Shown here in pieces: positions 62,421 through 64,000 of a DNA stretch of 64,000 bases; position 1 is the first letter of the stretch; the number at the start of each line of letters is the position of its first letter. The stretch comes from Octopus sinensis (taxonomy: Eukaryota): positions 107,012,001 through 107,076,000 of the forward strand of contig NC_043000.1 in NCBI RefSeq assembly GCF_006345805.1, in the 5' to 3' direction. The notes beneath the pieces were generated by a model, which saw only the letters and a list, made by a program, of their open reading frames with translations, ran no database searches and was not told the DNA's origin. A program made the translations under genes and the position numbers.

Positions 62421-63602
62421 GATAGTAACTTCGTAAATATATAGATACCACCGCCGATTTCACCAGCTGTCCCATCAAGCTATAGACCCAACTACATCGA
62501 TTACATATATTCCCGGACAGCATTATAGAAAGAGGCATATACAACGCTCGGCTATCAAAATGCTCATAAACCTTGCTCAGAAACCTTAATGCTCATAAAC
62601 CTTACACAGAATAGAAAAATAGAGTTCATTTCACAAAATCATGTATGGATATACAATGTTTAGCATTGTATAGTGTTCGGGTATTGCTGGAAGTCAGATT
62701 GTCGAAACAGAATCAGCTGAAATTCTTTGCATGAAAGATTCATAGAAAACCATTGCTCAGATTTTTACTCGTGTGGCAATATGCCGATTACAACTCTTCG
62801 TGTTTGGAATCCAAAAATTTCCAAGTTGAAATCACAGTATAGATATGCTACTAAGGATACATGAAGACTACAACGACAAGAACCCATGGGCATCATTCAA
62901 CTACCATCAATATCAGTAAGGTTTTCGACTTCCTATTCCACTACTTACTTGTACATATAATACTCAACACCTGAAGAATGAACACAAGATACTGGCTAGA
63001 AGTATGTACAACAGCAATTCCAAACAGTAATTCCAAACATGTCATTTCCCGTATATAATACAACAAGGATCCGTTTTCTCACTCATTGTTTTTTTTTTGG
63101 GGGGGGGTATCTGTACGAACGCAAAGGGATAGAATGTCACTAACATTTTGGAGGAAGCATATTTGTTATTTTGAGAATTCCTTCCATATTGCTTTTTAAC
63201 ATTGTTTTATACTTGGTCTATGGGAAGATATAAGTATGGTGTCGTCCGTTAATGGTTCAACCAATCAGATCAGCTTGAAAGTAAGCTTGTGAAGTTTCTG
63301 TCGAAAATCAAAAAAAAAGCTTGGCCAAATGTTATATAAAGGTGGAATATTTAAATCCCAAACAGAACAAACTCAGGTGCTACACAGAACTCTGTTGATT
63401 AGTTTTGTAATAAGGTTTTCTCACTCTTTCTATTTATCTTGTATTTGATAACGATTTTCATACCAATGATTAAATTGTTTTATGCAATAAAGTCATTTAA
63501 CAATTGCATTCACTATTGTAAGCTGTTTCAGTTAAATAATTGTTGAATATATGTAAATGCAATTGTTTCGAATGATAAAGAATATGGAAGCATATATTAT
63601 CC

Positions 63603-64000
63603 ATTTCTTTACTACCCACAAGGGGCTAAACACAGAGAGGACAAACAAGGACAGACAAACGGATTAAGTCGATTATATCGACCCCAGTGCGTAACTGGTA
63701 CTTATTTAATCGACCCCGAAAGGATGAAAGGCAAAGTCGACCTCGACGGAATTTGAACTCAGAACGTAGCAGCAGACGAAATATCTATTTCTTTATTACC
63801 CACAAGGGGCTAAACATAGAGGGGGCAAACATAGGTATTAAGTCGATTACGTCGACACCAGTGCGTAACTGGTACTTAATTTATCGACCCCGAAAGGAGG
63901 AAAGGCAAAGTCGACCTCGGCGGAATTTGAACTCACGACGTAACGACAGACGAAATACGGCTACGCATTTCGCCCGGCGTGCTAACGTTTCTGCCAGCTC
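63603..64000 (-). mobile_element. SINE-B dimer (head plus two young units)
   Basis: Second unit restarts at atttcgtctg; period is 174 here owing to a 10-nt deletion. Confidence 0.92.

Noticed and set aside
63100-63400. Possible Tc1 C-terminal relic
   Set aside because: Only vague similarity with stops; no TIR or catalytic motif.

Overview
AT-rich, microsatellite-saturated animal genomic DNA. The repeat families resemble those I recall from Octopus/coleoid cephalopod assemblies; this is inference, no search was run. There is no intact host gene, and most of the ORF track is (TA)n/(TG)n/(TATG)n artefact. Class I content: two abundant tRNA-derived SINE families (here SINE-A and SINE-B), a 5'-truncated 2.9 kb RTE LINE, and CR1, Tx1/L1 and R4/Dong-type fragments. 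Class II content: six decayed Tc1/mariner elements, a hAT (Charlie/Buster-like) relic and several long-TIR MITE or foldback hairpins. Also present are a tRNA-Arg(TCT) pseudogene, a 100-N gap and a tentative chain of minus-strand micro-exons. The main unannotated signal is at least six type I hammerhead ribozyme (HHR) motifs in short non-coding elements, mostly set in (TA)n tracts. The best is a 354-nt-period, ~1.5-mer retrozyme-like element (9818-10336, minus) with an extended HHR whose predicted cleavage site nearly coincides with the element's 5' boundary. Other notable structure: SINE-B copies restarting at one fixed nucleotide (184-nt period), a CR1 3' stem-loop that covaries with the SINE-A tail, an RTE nested in a SINE's internal microsatellite, and an inverted duplication of a mariner end plus flank. 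All coordinates and alignments were read by hand.
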